Assembly (NCBI GenBank): GCA_963662405.2
Contig: CAXXKT010000001.1
Coordinates: 1,696,001-1,760,000, forward strand
DNA from: Syntrophales bacterium
Lineage (GTDB): Bacteria; Desulfobacterota; Syntrophia; Syntrophales; UBA2210
Length of the DNA stretch: 64,000 nt
Direction: 5' to 3'
Part shown: one piece after another, positions 40,922 through 50,627 of the stretch
Position numbering within the stretch: the stretch's first letter is position 1
Layout of the letters: each line of letters starts with the position of its first letter
Translations under genes and position numbers: made by a program
Notes under the pieces: generated by a model
What the model saw: the letters and a program-made list of their open reading frames with translations, nothing else
What the model was told of the DNA's origin: nothing
Databases searched by the model: none

Positions 40922-42592
40922 GTGAAAGAGGGTCTGCAGGGACACAAAAAACCCCGTGTGCAGCGGCTGATGTTTTTCAGGGTCGTGATCGCGTCGTTTC
41001 TGCTCGGCATTGCCGTTATAGTCCAGTTCCGAATGCCCGAGTCGCTCTCCGCCACGTCCCTCCGTGCGACCTATCTTCTCATCGCGGCGACCTACCTTCT
41101 TTCCATTTTGTACGTTTTCCTGCTGAAGTCAATCAAAAATATCTCCGTCAGTGTATATATCCAGGGTATCGTCGATATCCTCCTGGTGACCGTTCTTGTC
41201 TATGTTACGGGGGGGATAGAAAGTGTCTACTCTACACTGTATCCTCTTATTATTATATCTTCCGTCCTGTTTCTGGGGAAGAGAGGGGGGCTGTTCATCG
41301 CTTCGGTCAGCGGCATTTTGTACGGGCTTCTGGTCGACCTTGAGTTCTACGGTTTAATCCATCCGCTCTACAGCGGGGTGTACCAGTATAATACCGAGGC
41401 GGGGGATGTCTTTTTGCGTATCTGCGTTCACATCGTCTCCTTTTACGTCGTGGTTTTCCTGACCAGCTTCCTGGTGGAAATCGAGCGACAGACAAAGACA
41501 CTCTTGACGGAAAAGGAAAGCGCCTTTGACCAGTTGGGGATACTCCACCACCGTATCGTTGAGTCGGTAGGCTCCGGTATCATGACGGTGGACCTCGGGG
41601 GAAGGATCAAGACTTTCAACCGGGCCGCCATGGAGATTACCGGTTTGGCATCTCGTGATGCCCTGGGGAAAAGTATCGATGAGATATTCCCCGATTTCTC
41701 AAGAGGGATGGAGGACTTCAAAGGAGGGGCGGGAGATCCCTCGGCGCAACGGATCGAAGTTGTCCTTTCATCGAACGGGAACGATACGATATTGGGGTTT
41801 TCGGTTTACCCCCTCATCGACCCCGAGGGAAATGGGATCGGCAGGATATTCATCTTTCAGGATCTGACATCCATCAAGGAGATGGAACGAGAGATTGAGA
41901 GAAGCAGAAGGCTTGCATTGATGGGGGAGATGTCGGCGATCCTGGCTCACGAGCTGAGGAGTCCTCTCGCGTCGATCAGCGGATCCATACGACTCCTGAT
42001 AGACGGGCTCGACCTCAAGGACTCGGACAGAAAACTGATGGAGATCATCTTGATGGGAAAGGACCAATTGGAGAACCTCGTGCGCGATTTTCTCCTCTTT
42101 GCCAGGCCGGACACCGCGGACCGGTGCGTGGTGGACATCGGGGATCTTATCGATGAAGTGATCGGGTCCGCACGGGTTTCACTGGGGAGAAACCGGGATG
42201 TTGATATGATAAAGAACCTGTGTGCCGAAAACGAGGTCTACGGAAACAGGGGTGAGATTCGGCAAGCCGTCTGGAACCTGGTTCTGAATGCCTTCCAGGC
42301 TATGCCCGGGGGGGGGACCCTGGAGATCGAGACATGGACGGCTGTTGATAAGAGTAACCGACGCCTCCTTGAAATATCAGTCAGCGATACCGGATGCGGG
42401 ATAGAGGAGACGCAGATGAGCAAGGTGCACGAGCCCTTCTATACGACAAAGGAAAAAGGGACGGGATTGGGGCTCGCTATTGTAAACAGGATCATTACAA
42501 GCCACGATGGGGAGTTCAGGATTGAGAGCGACCCGGGCGAGGGGACGCGGTGCACCATTGTCCTGCCGGTTGCCGGTCGGGCTGAGGAATAG
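40922..42592 (+). CDS. pilS: PilS-type membrane sensor histidine kinase (PAS + HisKA + HATPase)
   Basis: Six N-terminal TM helices, LAHELRSPL, NL..NA, GTGLGL; upstream of pilR and pilA. Confidence 0.85.
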   Translation: MKEGLQGHKKPRVQRLMFFRVVIASFLLGIAVIVQFRMPESLSATSLRATYLLIAATYLLSILYVFLLKSIKNISVSVYIQGIVDILLVTVLVYVTGGIESVYSTLYPLIIISSVLFLGKRGGLFIASVSGILYGLLVDLEFYGLIHPLYSGVYQYNTEAGDVFLRICVHIVSFYVVVFLTSFLVEIERQTKTLLTEKESAFDQLGILHHRIVESVGSGIMTVDLGGRIKTFNRAAMEITGLASRDALGKSIDEIFPDFSRGMEDFKGGAGDPSAQRIEVVLSSNGNDTILGFSVYPLIDPEGNGIGRIFIFQDLTSIKEMEREIERSRRLALMGEMSAILAHELRSPLASISGSIRLLIDGLDLKDSDRKLMEIILMGKDQLENLVRDFLLFARPDTADRCVVDIGDLIDEVIGSARVSLGRNRDVDMIKNLCAENEVYGNRGEIRQAVWNLVLNAFQAMPGGGTLEIETWTAVDKSNRRLLEISVSDTGCGIEETQMSKVHEPFYTTKEKGTGLGLAIVNRIITSHDGEFRIESDPGEGTRCTIVLPVAGRAEE

Positions 42593-42616
42593 ATGCGGGA
42601 CAGGGAGGATGTTTTG

Positions 42617-43993
42617 ATGGCGAGGATTCTTGTCGTTGATGATGATCAGGGGATGAGGGAGTACCTTGAGATCATGCTCTCCAGAGAGGGGTATGATGTG
42701 AACAGTGTGCCGGGGGGGAAAGAGGCCCTGACGCTTTGTCGAAAAAAGACGTTCGATCTGGTTATTACCGATCTCAAGATGTCCGGGATGAACGGGGTCG
42801 ATCTCCTCAGGGCCTTGAAAGAGTTATCTCCGGAGACCATGACGATCCTGATTACGGGGTACGCCTCCGGTGAAACGGCCCTCGCAGCGATGAAGGAAGG
42901 CGCGTATGATTACCTGGAAAAGAACTTCGAACCGGATGATCTGAAAACCCTGGTGCGTGAGGCATTGAGCAAGAAGGGTATCAGTGAAGAAGACGCTCAG
43001 TTCGTGAAAGACGTCAAGCGTTCGATCTCCTTTGGGGGGATGACGGGAAAGAGCAAGGGGATGCTCAAGGTGTATTCCCTCGTGAGGAAGATGGCGGATA
43101 CCCTTGCCAATGTCCTCGTCCTGGGGGAGAGCGGGACGGGGAAAGAGCTGGTAGCCCGGGCCATACACGAACACAGTTCCCGGAAGGATGGTTCCTTTGT
43201 CCCCATCAATTGCGGGGGGATTCCCGAGAATCTCCTGGAAAGCGAGCTGTTCGGGTATATGAAAGGCTCTTTTACCGGTGCCTATGCCGATAAGCCGGGG
43301 CTTTTCGAGGTGGCCCAAGGGGGGACCGTTTTTCTCGATGAGATCGGAGAACTGTCACCCTTCCTGCAGGTCAAGATCCTCCGGGTGGTCCAGGAGAAGA
43401 CCTTCAGGCGGATCGGAGGAGCGCGCGATATCAGTGTCGATGTCAGAATTATTTCCGCAACGAATCGAAACCTGGAGGAGCTGGTGAAAAACGGTGCATT
43501 CCGTGAGGATCTCTTCTACCGCCTGAACGTCATCCCCGTGGAGATTCCCCCTTTGCGGGAACGCAAGGAAGACATTCCCCTCTTGGTCGATTATTTCATA
43601 GAAAAATATTCCAAGGAATATCGTAAGAAAGTCAAAAAAATATCCCCGTACGCCATGGGCCTGATCACCCAGTACCCCTTCCCGGGAAATGTCAGGGAGC
43701 TTGAGAATATCATAGAGAGAAGTGTCGCTCTTGAAACAACCAATATCATTCTTCCGCAAAGGCTGGAAATCGGCGCTGTGGGCAGCGCGGCATTCCCTTC
43801 GGCCGATGATATAGAGATACCTGAAGAAGGGATTGATCTCAATGAGGAGGTTGCGCGATTCGAACGAACCCTGATGAAAAAGGCCCTTTTGAAGGCAGGT
43901 GGATCCAAAACGAAAGCGGCGAAACTCCTTCAAGTGAGCCTCGACTCCCTGCGATATCGGTTTGATAAGCTGGGGATGACGGAAAAAAATTAA
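42617..43993 (+). CDS. pilR: PilR-type sigma54-dependent response regulator
   Basis: REC domain, GESGTGKE, ESELFG..KGSFTGA, FLDEIGE, C-terminal Fis HTH. Confidence 0.88.
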   Translation: MARILVVDDDQGMREYLEIMLSREGYDVNSVPGGKEALTLCRKKTFDLVITDLKMSGMNGVDLLRALKELSPETMTILITGYASGETALAAMKEGAYDYLEKNFEPDDLKTLVREALSKKGISEEDAQFVKDVKRSISFGGMTGKSKGMLKVYSLVRKMADTLANVLVLGESGTGKELVARAIHEHSSRKDGSFVPINCGGIPENLLESELFGYMKGSFTGAYADKPGLFEVAQGGTVFLDEIGELSPFLQVKILRVVQEKTFRRIGGARDISVDVRIISATNRNLEELVKNGAFREDLFYRLNVIPVEIPPLRERKEDIPLLVDYFIEKYSKEYRKKVKKISPYAMGLITQYPFPGNVRELENIIERSVALETTNIILPQRLEIGAVGSAAFPSADDIEIPEEGIDLNEEVARFERTLMKKALLKAGGSKTKAAKLLQVSLDSLRYRFDKLGMTEKN

Positions 43994-44208
43994 CAGGTGT
44001 TTCTTCCGCACCGGAGGATATCTGTACCCCGGAAACTGTCATTACCCCTTTCCCCGTGAAAATTACGTATAGAAAGTTGAGGTTGCCCTCTTTTCTCGGT
44101 GTGTACACCGTTGGCGTGCCGGTGAAGAAAAATAACCTCTGATAAATAGTGCATGATATCGGAATGTTGTGGCAGGTAAAACCTGTGTCTCCTGAGCAAA
44201 AGAGAAAC

Positions 44209-44224
44209 TGGCATGCTCATTGCT
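44209..44224 (+). promoter_or_regulatory. Sigma54 promoter of pilA (TGGCAT-N5-TTGCT)
   Basis: TGGCATGCTCATTGCT has exact -24/-12 spacing and lies downstream of an enhancer-binding-protein gene. Confidence 0.88.
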
Positions 44225-44310
44225 ATTTCACTACACCGGAGCGTATCAGGATGGAGAGCACTCCCTCGTTATGGAAATAACAAAAATATCATCTTAAGGA
44301 GGAATGAGTC

Positions 44311-44688
44311 ATGTTGGTGAAGTTCAATGCAAAGAGAGATCAGAAGGGTTTTACGTTGATCGAACTGATGATCGTCATCGCGATTATCGGTATCTTGGCG
44401 GCGATCGCCATCCCGCAGTTCAATGCGTACCGGGAGAGGGGCTGGAATGCGACGGCACAGTCCGATGCACGGAATGCCTACACGGCGGCTCAGGCATATA
44501 TCGCGGAAAACCCGACTACGGCGACCTTGACGCTCGATAACCTCACGGCCAGCGGTTACCGGCAGTCCGCCAGCGTAACGACGACCGTAACATTCACCTC
44601 CGTTTCAGCCTTTACGATTGCCTGTGTCCATGCCAACGGTACGGTAACCTATACTATCGACCAGAACGGGGCGATAACGCAGGCATAG
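44311..44688 (+). CDS. pilA: Type IVa major pilin (13-aa leader, 112-aa mature)
   Basis: [24 protein letters not shown] prepilin motif; AAGGAGG RBS. Confidence 0.93.
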   Translation: MLVKFNAKRDQKGFTLIELMIVIAIIGILAAIAIPQFNAYRERGWNATAQSDARNAYTAAQAYIAENPTTATLTLDNLTASGYRQSASVTTTVTFTSVSAFTIACVHANGTVTYTIDQNGAITQA

Positions 44689-44752
44689 GGTACAAAGATG
44701 GCGGGTCGGGACAGTATGACTTGACGTGCCAAGACCACTCAACCGCTTGACG

Positions 44753-44779
44753 ACAAAGGGGGCTTACAGCCCCCTTTGT
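44753..44779. terminator. Intrinsic terminator between convergent pilA and oxidoreductase operon
   Basis: ACAAAGGGGGC-TTACA-GCCCCCTTTGT hairpin. Confidence 0.85.
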
Positions 44780-44801
44780 TTATCTTTCTGTTATTGCAGG
44801 A

Positions 44802-45344
44802 TTACCCTGTGATCGTTGCCTTTCCCGCCTCGACCCCGAGGGCGAAGGCCTTTTGGTTCACCTCCAAGGCCTTTGTCGGGACATGGGGCTGTATCGCCTC
44901 CAGCGCGGATTTTTCCGAGATCATCCCGGTCATCCCCACAATGACCCCCAGGGAGACGATATTGGCGGTAATCGGTTTGCGGACCTGGTCGTGGGCGATG
45001 TCGGTGATGGGTACGGCATAGACCCTCTCGGGCAGCGAGCCGGGTTCGGCCTCGCCGTTGATAATCAGGATGCCGTCCGGTGCGAGGGTGGGCAGATACG
45101 ACTGGTAATCCCTCTTCGACATAATCAGCAGCACATTGGGAGAATCGATCTTGGGGTAAAGGATACTATCATCCGACGCAATGACGTACGATGTGCTGTG
45201 TCCTCCCCGGACCTCAGGACCGTAGTTCTGGGACTGGACCACGTTTCGTCCCTCGTGCATCGCCGCTTCGGCCAGTATGATGCTGACCGTCACCATCCCC
45301 TGTCCCCCCGTTCCGATCAGACGCACTTCCCATCGTTTACCCAC
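44802..45344 (-). CDS. 2-oxoacid:ferredoxin oxidoreductase gamma subunit
   Basis: G.GGQG, Q.YGPE.RGG motifs. Confidence 0.92.
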   Translation of the reverse strand: MGKRWEVRLIGTGGQGMVTVSIILAEAAMHEGRNVVQSQNYGPEVRGGHSTSYVIASDDSILYPKIDSPNVLLIMSKRDYQSYLPTLAPDGILIINGEAEPGSLPERVYAVPITDIAHDQVRKPITANIVSLGVIVGMTGMISEKSALEAIQPHVPTKALEVNQKAFALGVEAGKATITG

Positions 45345-46167
45345 GGCCTGTATCTCCTTTCCTGACCCTCTCGATTAATCGGTCGTATTCTTCAACATAT
45401 TCCGGGATATCGGCCCTGTGGAGTTCGCCGATGACAAACTTATCGCTCCGTTCCTCATCGGTCATCCTCGCCGCTTTGGCTTGCCGGACGGCATGGTCTT
45501 TCTGCCACAGCAGCATGTCGACGGCGGTTTCAAGTTCATTTCTCCGTCCGAAGTTGACCGGACAGTGCGTAACGGCCTCGATGACGGAAAAGCCCTTGTG
45601 CTCGGCCCCGGCGACGATCAGGTCGGTGAGCATCTTTGCATGATAACTCGTGCCGCGTGCGACGTACGAGGCACCAGCGCCGATGCAGAGATTGGTGATA
45701 TCGAAGTGGGGATCCGTCGTTCCGTAAGGGGCGGTGGTGGCGTACTTCTCCCGATAGGTAGTGGGGGAATACTGCCCCCCCGTCATGCCGTAGATATGGT
45801 TGTTGAAGATGATTGCGGTCATATCGATGTTTCTCCGGCATGAATGGATGAGGTGGTTTCCCCCGATCGCGGTGGCATCACCGTCTCCCATGAAGACGAA
45901 CACCTTGAGGCGTGGTTTGGCCATCTTAAGCCCCGTGGCGAAGGCCAGGGCGCGCCCATGGGTGGTGTGCAGGGTGTTGAAATCCAGGTATCCCGTAATT
46001 CGTCCCGAGCAGCCGATACCCGATACTGCCGCTACGTCGTCCCTGTCATATCCCAATCTGTCGATGGCACGGATAAAAGATCCCATGATCGTTCCGTTCC
46101 CGCATCCGGGGCACCAGATATGGGGCAGTTTGTCCATGCGCAGATATTTTTTATGGATAGCGTCCAT
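45337..46167 (-). CDS. 2-oxoacid:ferredoxin oxidoreductase beta subunit (TPP-binding)
   Basis: WCPGCG, SGIGCS, HGRA, GDGD, YGMTGGQ.SPT motifs. Confidence 0.94.
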   Translation of the reverse strand: MDAIHKKYLRMDKLPHIWCPGCGNGTIMGSFIRAIDRLGYDRDDVAAVSGIGCSGRITGYLDFNTLHTTHGRALAFATGLKMAKPRLKVFVFMGDGDATAIGGNHLIHSCRRNIDMTAIIFNNHIYGMTGGQYSPTTYREKYATTAPYGTTDPHFDITNLCIGAGASYVARGTSYHAKMLTDLIVAGAEHKGFSVIEAVTHCPVNFGRRNELETAVDMLLWQKDHAVRQAKAARMTDEERSDKFVIGELHRADIPEYVEEYDRLIERVRKGDTGRG

Positions 46168-46169
46168 AC

Positions 46170-47297
46170 TTATCGTATCTCCTCAATGAGATCACTGATC
46201 TCGTGCGGTGTGATGAGCTCGCCGTCGATCTTGTTGAGGGGGTAAATAGGTGCGACCCCGGTGATCGCCCGTTCCACCTCGCGAACCATTTGTCCCAGGT
46301 TCATCTCCGGGACAATAACAGCTCGTTTCCCGGACGCCGCCTGGCGAATTTCTTTATCGGGAAAAGGCCAGAGGGTTACCGGCCTCAGGAGACCGACACG
46401 CTTGCCGACCTTCTTCATGCTTCGGACCACCTCTTCGGCCGACCGGGCGACACTCCCGAAGGCGATGATCAGGATATCGGCATCCTCGACATCAACATAC
46501 TTGACCCTGACGATCTCATCGCGATAGCGGTCAAGCTTGCCGTTCATGCGCCTCATCACCCGGTCGACCGTTTCAGGATCGTTTGTCGGGAATCCCGTTT
46601 TGTCATGTATGAGGCCGGTGATGTGGTAGCGATATCCCTCACCGAAATCGGCGAATGGAGGTATCAGATCGTCGGTTTCTTCGTACGGGAGATATGGTGC
46701 CCCGGGTGTCGGTCCCTTCCGTTTGGCGTCCGTGACGATATCCTCCGCCTTGAATTCCACCCGTTCCCGCAGGTGCCCGATGATTTCGTCCATGAGGATG
46801 ATGACGGGAATCCGGTATTGTTCCGAGAGATTGACGGCCCGACCCGTTTCACGATAGGCTTCCCGTGCCGTATAGGGTGCGATTACGATAATTGCATGAT
46901 CGCCATGGGTTCCCCAGCGGGCCTGCATGAAGTCCCCCTGTGATGAAGTGGTGGGCAGCCCCGTGCTGGGACCGTATCGCATGACGTCTATGATCACACA
47001 GGGGATCTCGGCCTCCGATGCGAAACCGATATTTTCCTGCTTCAGCGAAAACCCCGGGCCGCTTGTTGCCGTAATCGCCTTCATCCCGGCGCAGGAGGCG
47101 CCGATCACCGCTCCCATACTCGCGATTTCGTCCTCCATCTGCATGAATTTCCCCCCCACCTTCGGGAGCTCCCGGGCGAAGATGTTTGCGATCTCCGTCG
47201 ACGGAGTAATGGGATACCCCGCAAAAAAACGGACCCCTGCCGCCAGAGCCCCGAACACGCTGGCCTCATTACCCGCCAACAATTTTGCATCAGCCAT
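46170..47297 (-). CDS. 2-oxoacid:ferredoxin oxidoreductase alpha subunit
   Basis: GNEA, GYPITPSTE, MEDEI, ATSGPG, GPSTGLPT motifs; ATG 47297. Confidence 0.94.
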   Translation of the reverse strand: MADAKLLAGNEASVFGALAAGVRFFAGYPITPSTEIANIFARELPKVGGKFMQMEDEIASMGAVIGASCAGMKAITATSGPGFSLKQENIGFASEAEIPCVIIDVMRYGPSTGLPTTSSQGDFMQARWGTHGDHAIIVIAPYTAREAYRETGRAVNLSEQYRIPVIILMDEIIGHLRERVEFKAEDIVTDAKRKGPTPGAPYLPYEETDDLIPPFADFGEGYRYHITGLIHDKTGFPTNDPETVDRVMRRMNGKLDRYRDEIVRVKYVDVEDADILIIAFGSVARSAEEVVRSMKKVGKRVGLLRPVTLWPFPDKEIRQAASGKRAVIVPEMNLGQMVREVERAITGVAPIYPLNKIDGELITPHEISDLIEEIR

Positions 47298-47502
47298 GGG
47301 TGGTATCCTCCTCGACATCGATACAATAGTCAGGGCACAAGAGCTCGCACTGCCTGCACCCGGTACACTTTTCCGGGTACGTGATGACCGCCTTGTCGTC
47401 ATGATCCGTTGTAAAAACCGAAACCGGACAGAAAGCGACACAGATGCCGCATGCCTTGCAGATTGTCCTGTCTACCGTTATCCTGAACTGTTTCTTGGCC
47501 AT
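47290..47502 (-). CDS. 2x[4Fe-4S] ferredoxin (delta subunit)
   Basis: CKACGICVAFCP and CTGCRQCELLCP. Confidence 0.93.
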   Translation of the reverse strand: MAKKQFRITVDRTICKACGICVAFCPVSVFTTDHDDKAVITYPEKCTGCRQCELLCPDYCIDVEEDTTHG

Positions 47503-48112
47503 AGAATCCTTTCCTCTGAGATGACCGCATAATCCGTCTCTGTCGTCACGAGGTTGTGGTGTCCGGAGAGGTGGGGGTGCTCCCCTGCGTGATTCGGCGT
47601 ATACCGGATTTCAGGTCGCCGATATCTCATATGTGCGAGCTCTGTCTAGGATGATGTCGTGTGGCTCGAATCGCATCATTCTCCCCCATGCGGCCTCGGG
47701 AGAGAAGCTCTTTCCGTTGTGGGTCTGAGCGACAAACATCGCAGGACCAGTTGATTTAATATCCTTATCGCCGGTTGGTTCTCCCGTTTCTCAGGCAGGC
47801 AGGACACCCTTGCCAGTCACTTCAGGGATCCGGAATATCAAGCAGCATCCCAGGCCTTCCCATTCTCCCGTATCGCGCAGCCTGATCCCGGCACGAGACA
47901 GAGAAAGGAAGCAACAAGATTCAGTATCATGCCCGGTCCGTACCCCCACCCGGGCTCAAAAGCCCTTCTGACTACCATATCGTGGCGCTTCGGTCAAATA
48001 AAAGTTACCATTCAGGGGCTATACGGTTCCTCTCCGGCCATGCCGTTCCTACTGTAACGTGACCTTTATGCCGGGTAGCCTCCACTCCAGGGGCTGTGGC
48101 AGTCATTTTTAC

Positions 48113-48124
48113 TACCATATGGTA
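48113..48124. promoter_or_regulatory. Palindromic operator candidate TACCATATGGTA; partial second copy at 47971-47984
   Basis: Perfect 12-bp palindrome; ACTACCATAT repeated 140 bp upstream in the divergent intergenic region. Confidence 0.45.
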
Positions 48125-48213
48125 CAATTCAGACACGGGCTGGTGGTCTGTTCGGTTGCCCGCGTGACCCACCCTCTTCCGGATATCGCACCGCCGGAAG
48201 GACGACAAATTGC

Positions 48214-48241
48214 TTTACATCCTTCGACAAATTGGTATAAG
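48214..48241 (+). promoter_or_regulatory. Putative sigma70 promoter for the SDR gene (TTTACA-16-TATAAG)
   Basis: Near-consensus hexamers with TGn extension. Confidence 0.5.
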
Positions 48242-48304
48242 GAGTCACGGTGCTAGGTGTAGGAAGGTCAAGAGATATCTCATACTCACAGAAGGAGGTT
48301 TTCC

Positions 48305-49093
48305 ATGAAGCTACAAGATCTGTTCAGTCTCAACGGGAAAATTGCCATGGTCACCGGCGGTGGCCGTGGTATCGGAAAATTTATTGCCACCGGTCTTGCC
48401 GAGGCGGGTGCCGATGTCGTCATCACCTCGCGGAAGATGAAAAACCTCGAGCCTGCTGCCGAAGAACTTTCAAAGGAGTACGGCGTGACCGTTCTTCCGA
48501 TCGCCTGTGATGTGAGCAAGGAGGAGGATATCGATGAGATGCTGAAGACGGTCAAGGAGAAATTCGGCCGGGTTGATATCCTTGTCAATAACGCCGGGGC
48601 AACCTGGGGAGCACCGACTCTGGAATTCCCCCTGGAGAAGTGGGACTATCTCTTCGATGTCAATGTCCGGGGTGTCTGGATCATGGCCCAGAAGGTTGCC
48701 AATATCATGAAGGAGCAGGGGGGGGGGAACATCATCAACATATCCTCCGTCATGGGGTTCAGAGGCTCCGACGAGATGGCACATCCCGCCGTTCCCTACA
48801 ACTCGACGAAAGCCGCCGTTAATCTCCTGACGATGAACCTTGCCGTCAAGCTCGCGCCGCACAATATCCGGGTCAATGCCATTGCCCCCGGTTTTTTCGG
48901 TACCGATATGATGGCCTACATCGAAAAACCCGAGTTCGAGGAGGCCTATGAGGCGACCTTGAGTGTTATCCCCATGCACCGGATCGGTCGGATCGACGAC
49001 ATGAAGGGGGTTGCCGTCTTTCTCGCCTCGGACGCCTCGGCCTTTATGACCGGCCATGTCCTCATCAATGACGGGGGACAGCTCGCCAAGTAG
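48305..49093 (+). CDS. Short-chain dehydrogenase/reductase
   Basis: TGGGRGIG, NNAG, YNSTK (YxxxK) motifs. Confidence 0.93.
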   Translation: MKLQDLFSLNGKIAMVTGGGRGIGKFIATGLAEAGADVVITSRKMKNLEPAAEELSKEYGVTVLPIACDVSKEEDIDEMLKTVKEKFGRVDILVNNAGATWGAPTLEFPLEKWDYLFDVNVRGVWIMAQKVANIMKEQGGGNIINISSVMGFRGSDEMAHPAVPYNSTKAAVNLLTMNLAVKLAPHNIRVNAIAPGFFGTDMMAYIEKPEFEEAYEATLSVIPMHRIGRIDDMKGVAVFLASDASAFMTGHVLINDGGQLAK

Positions 49094-49116
49094 CGGTTGT
49101 CCATCACAATATGGAT

Positions 49117-49165
49117 TCAAGCAACAAGACCCCTCGCTTGGGGAGGTGGGGGTCTTGTTGCTTGA
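49117..49165. terminator. Long hairpin between convergent genes, probable bidirectional terminator
   Basis: 17-bp perfect arms TCAAGCAACAAGACCCC / GGGGTCTTGTTGCTTGA. Confidence 0.7.
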
Positions 49166-49207
49166 GCGTTGTTCTCGGAACCAGTTCTCTTGATCCGCCG
49201 TGCGATC

Positions 49208-49501
49208 TCAGATTGAGAGCATCTCTTCAAGGATCGACAAATCCATTTTTCCGTCGAGGAGCGGGGCCACCGCTACGGAGAATTCCTTGAAATGGGGGGT
49301 CGATGAGTGGGCTTGGATGGCCTCTTTATCGCGATACCTCTCGATCACGACCAGGAGATCAGGATTCCTGCTGTCGCGACACAGCGCATATCCAACCGTT
49401 CCCTCTTCTTGTCCTACCTTCGGGACCAAGCCCCGGAAGAGTTCGGTTGCCTCATCCATTTTCCCTTCCTTGATCTTCATCTTTGCAATCACTGCGACCA
49501 T
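49208..49501 (-). CDS. ABM/putative quinol monooxygenase-family protein
   Basis: E.GT..Y.L, .E.Y.D..A...H..TPHF pattern. Confidence 0.85.
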   Translation of the reverse strand: MVAVIAKMKIKEGKMDEATELFRGLVPKVGQEEGTVGYALCRDSRNPDLLVVIERYRDKEAIQAHSSTPHFKEFSVAVAPLLDGKMDLSILEEMLSI

Positions 49502-49630
49502 GGTTTATCTCTCTTTCTTGCCGGTGTCCACCGGCTATTAGGGGTTATTGGCAACTGTTACGCCTCTTTCGGTTCCACACAAGAGGCGTGATACCCTTGC
49601 CCGGTTAAACCCACACACGCGCATCTAGGC

Positions 49631-49664
49631 AAAAAAAGACCACCCGAAGATTCGGGTGGTCTTT
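49631..49664 (-). terminator. Intrinsic terminator after 3-hydroxyacyl-CoA dehydrogenase
   Basis: GACCACCCGAA-GA-TTCGGGTGGTC hairpin followed by U7 on the minus strand. Confidence 0.9.
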
Positions 49665-49685
49665 CCTGTGAGCCGATAATGCCGG

Positions 49686-50558
49686 TTACTTCTTGGTGTA
49701 ATCGTACCAGCCCTTCCCGGTCTTCTGGCCAAAATCGCCTTTTGCAACGCGCTTTACGAGTTCTGGCGAAGGCATCTGTGCCATGTCGCCGCTCTCCCTG
49801 AATCTCTCCATGCCGATGTCATAGGAGAGATCAAGGCCGGTCAGGTCGTTGAGGCGGAACGGTCCCATGGGGTGTCCTGCGCCGTACACGCACGCCTTGT
49901 CGATGTCCTCGAAGGAAGCGACACCCATCTCGAGGATCCAGAAGGCCTCACGCGAAATGGAGGCGAAGATCCTGTTAAGGACGAATCCCCAGACCTCTTT
50001 TTTGATGTGGATCGGAACCTTATCGATCTTTTCACACAGCTGCATCGATACCTGTGCCGTCTCGTCCGACACATGGGGACCCTGTACGACTTCCACAAGC
50101 TTCATTACCAGGGCAGGGTTGAAGAAATGCAGGTTACAGACCTGGGACGGACGTTTTGTCGCATCGGCGATCTTGGAACTGACGATCATGGAGCTGTTCG
50201 TGGCGAGGATGGCGTGGGCCGGCGCGATCTCGTCGAGCTGTGCGAAGACCTTCCTTTTGAGATCGAGTCTCTCCAGAATGGCCTCAATCACGTAATCGGC
50301 ATCCTTGGCCGCCTCTTTAATGTCACCGGTGAAGGAGATTCTGCCCCTGATTTCCTTCGCCTGTGCCTCCTCCATTTTGCCCTTCTGGACGCGGCCAGCC
50401 AGATAACTGTCGGCGAAGTCTTCGGCCTTTTTAAGAATCTCTGGAATGACGTCGGTGCATTTGACCGTATATCCTGAGATGGCGCACTGCAAGGCGATCT
50501 GGTGCCCCATGTTCCCGGCGCCGACGACACAAATATTTTTTACGTCTTCGATCTTCAT
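49686..50558 (-). CDS. 3-hydroxyacyl-CoA dehydrogenase
   Basis: VVGAG.MG, EA..E....K, ATNSS, HFFNP, GHPMGP motifs. Confidence 0.93.
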   Translation of the reverse strand: MKIEDVKNICVVGAGNMGHQIALQCAISGYTVKCTDVIPEILKKAEDFADSYLAGRVQKGKMEEAQAKEIRGRISFTGDIKEAAKDADYVIEAILERLDLKRKVFAQLDEIAPAHAILATNSSMIVSSKIADATKRPSQVCNLHFFNPALVMKLVEVVQGPHVSDETAQVSMQLCEKIDKVPIHIKKEVWGFVLNRIFASISREAFWILEMGVASFEDIDKACVYGAGHPMGPFRLNDLTGLDLSYDIGMERFRESGDMAQMPSPELVKRVAKGDFGQKTGKGWYDYTKK

Positions 50559-50586
50559 AGCTTCTCTCCTTCCGAACAATATTTAC

Positions 50587-50609
50587 GGCATGGGTCTTGG
50601 ACCCATGCC
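50587..50609. repeat. Intercistronic hairpin between thiolase and dehydrogenase
   Basis: GGCATGGGTC-TTG-GACCCATGCC 10-bp stem without a U tract. Confidence 0.6.
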
Positions 50610-50627
50610 TGATCTTATGAACGACGA

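Noticed and set aside
46170..47441. Extended 423-aa alpha-subunit ORF from the track
   Set aside because: The extension overlaps the ferredoxin gene in another frame; ATG 47297 gives the normal N-terminus
47695..47810. Glycine-riboswitch-like fragments (GGAGAG, TCTCAGG...AGGAC)
   Set aside because: The conserved CCGAAG core is missing, and the segment lies upstream of the SDR gene's own putative promoter
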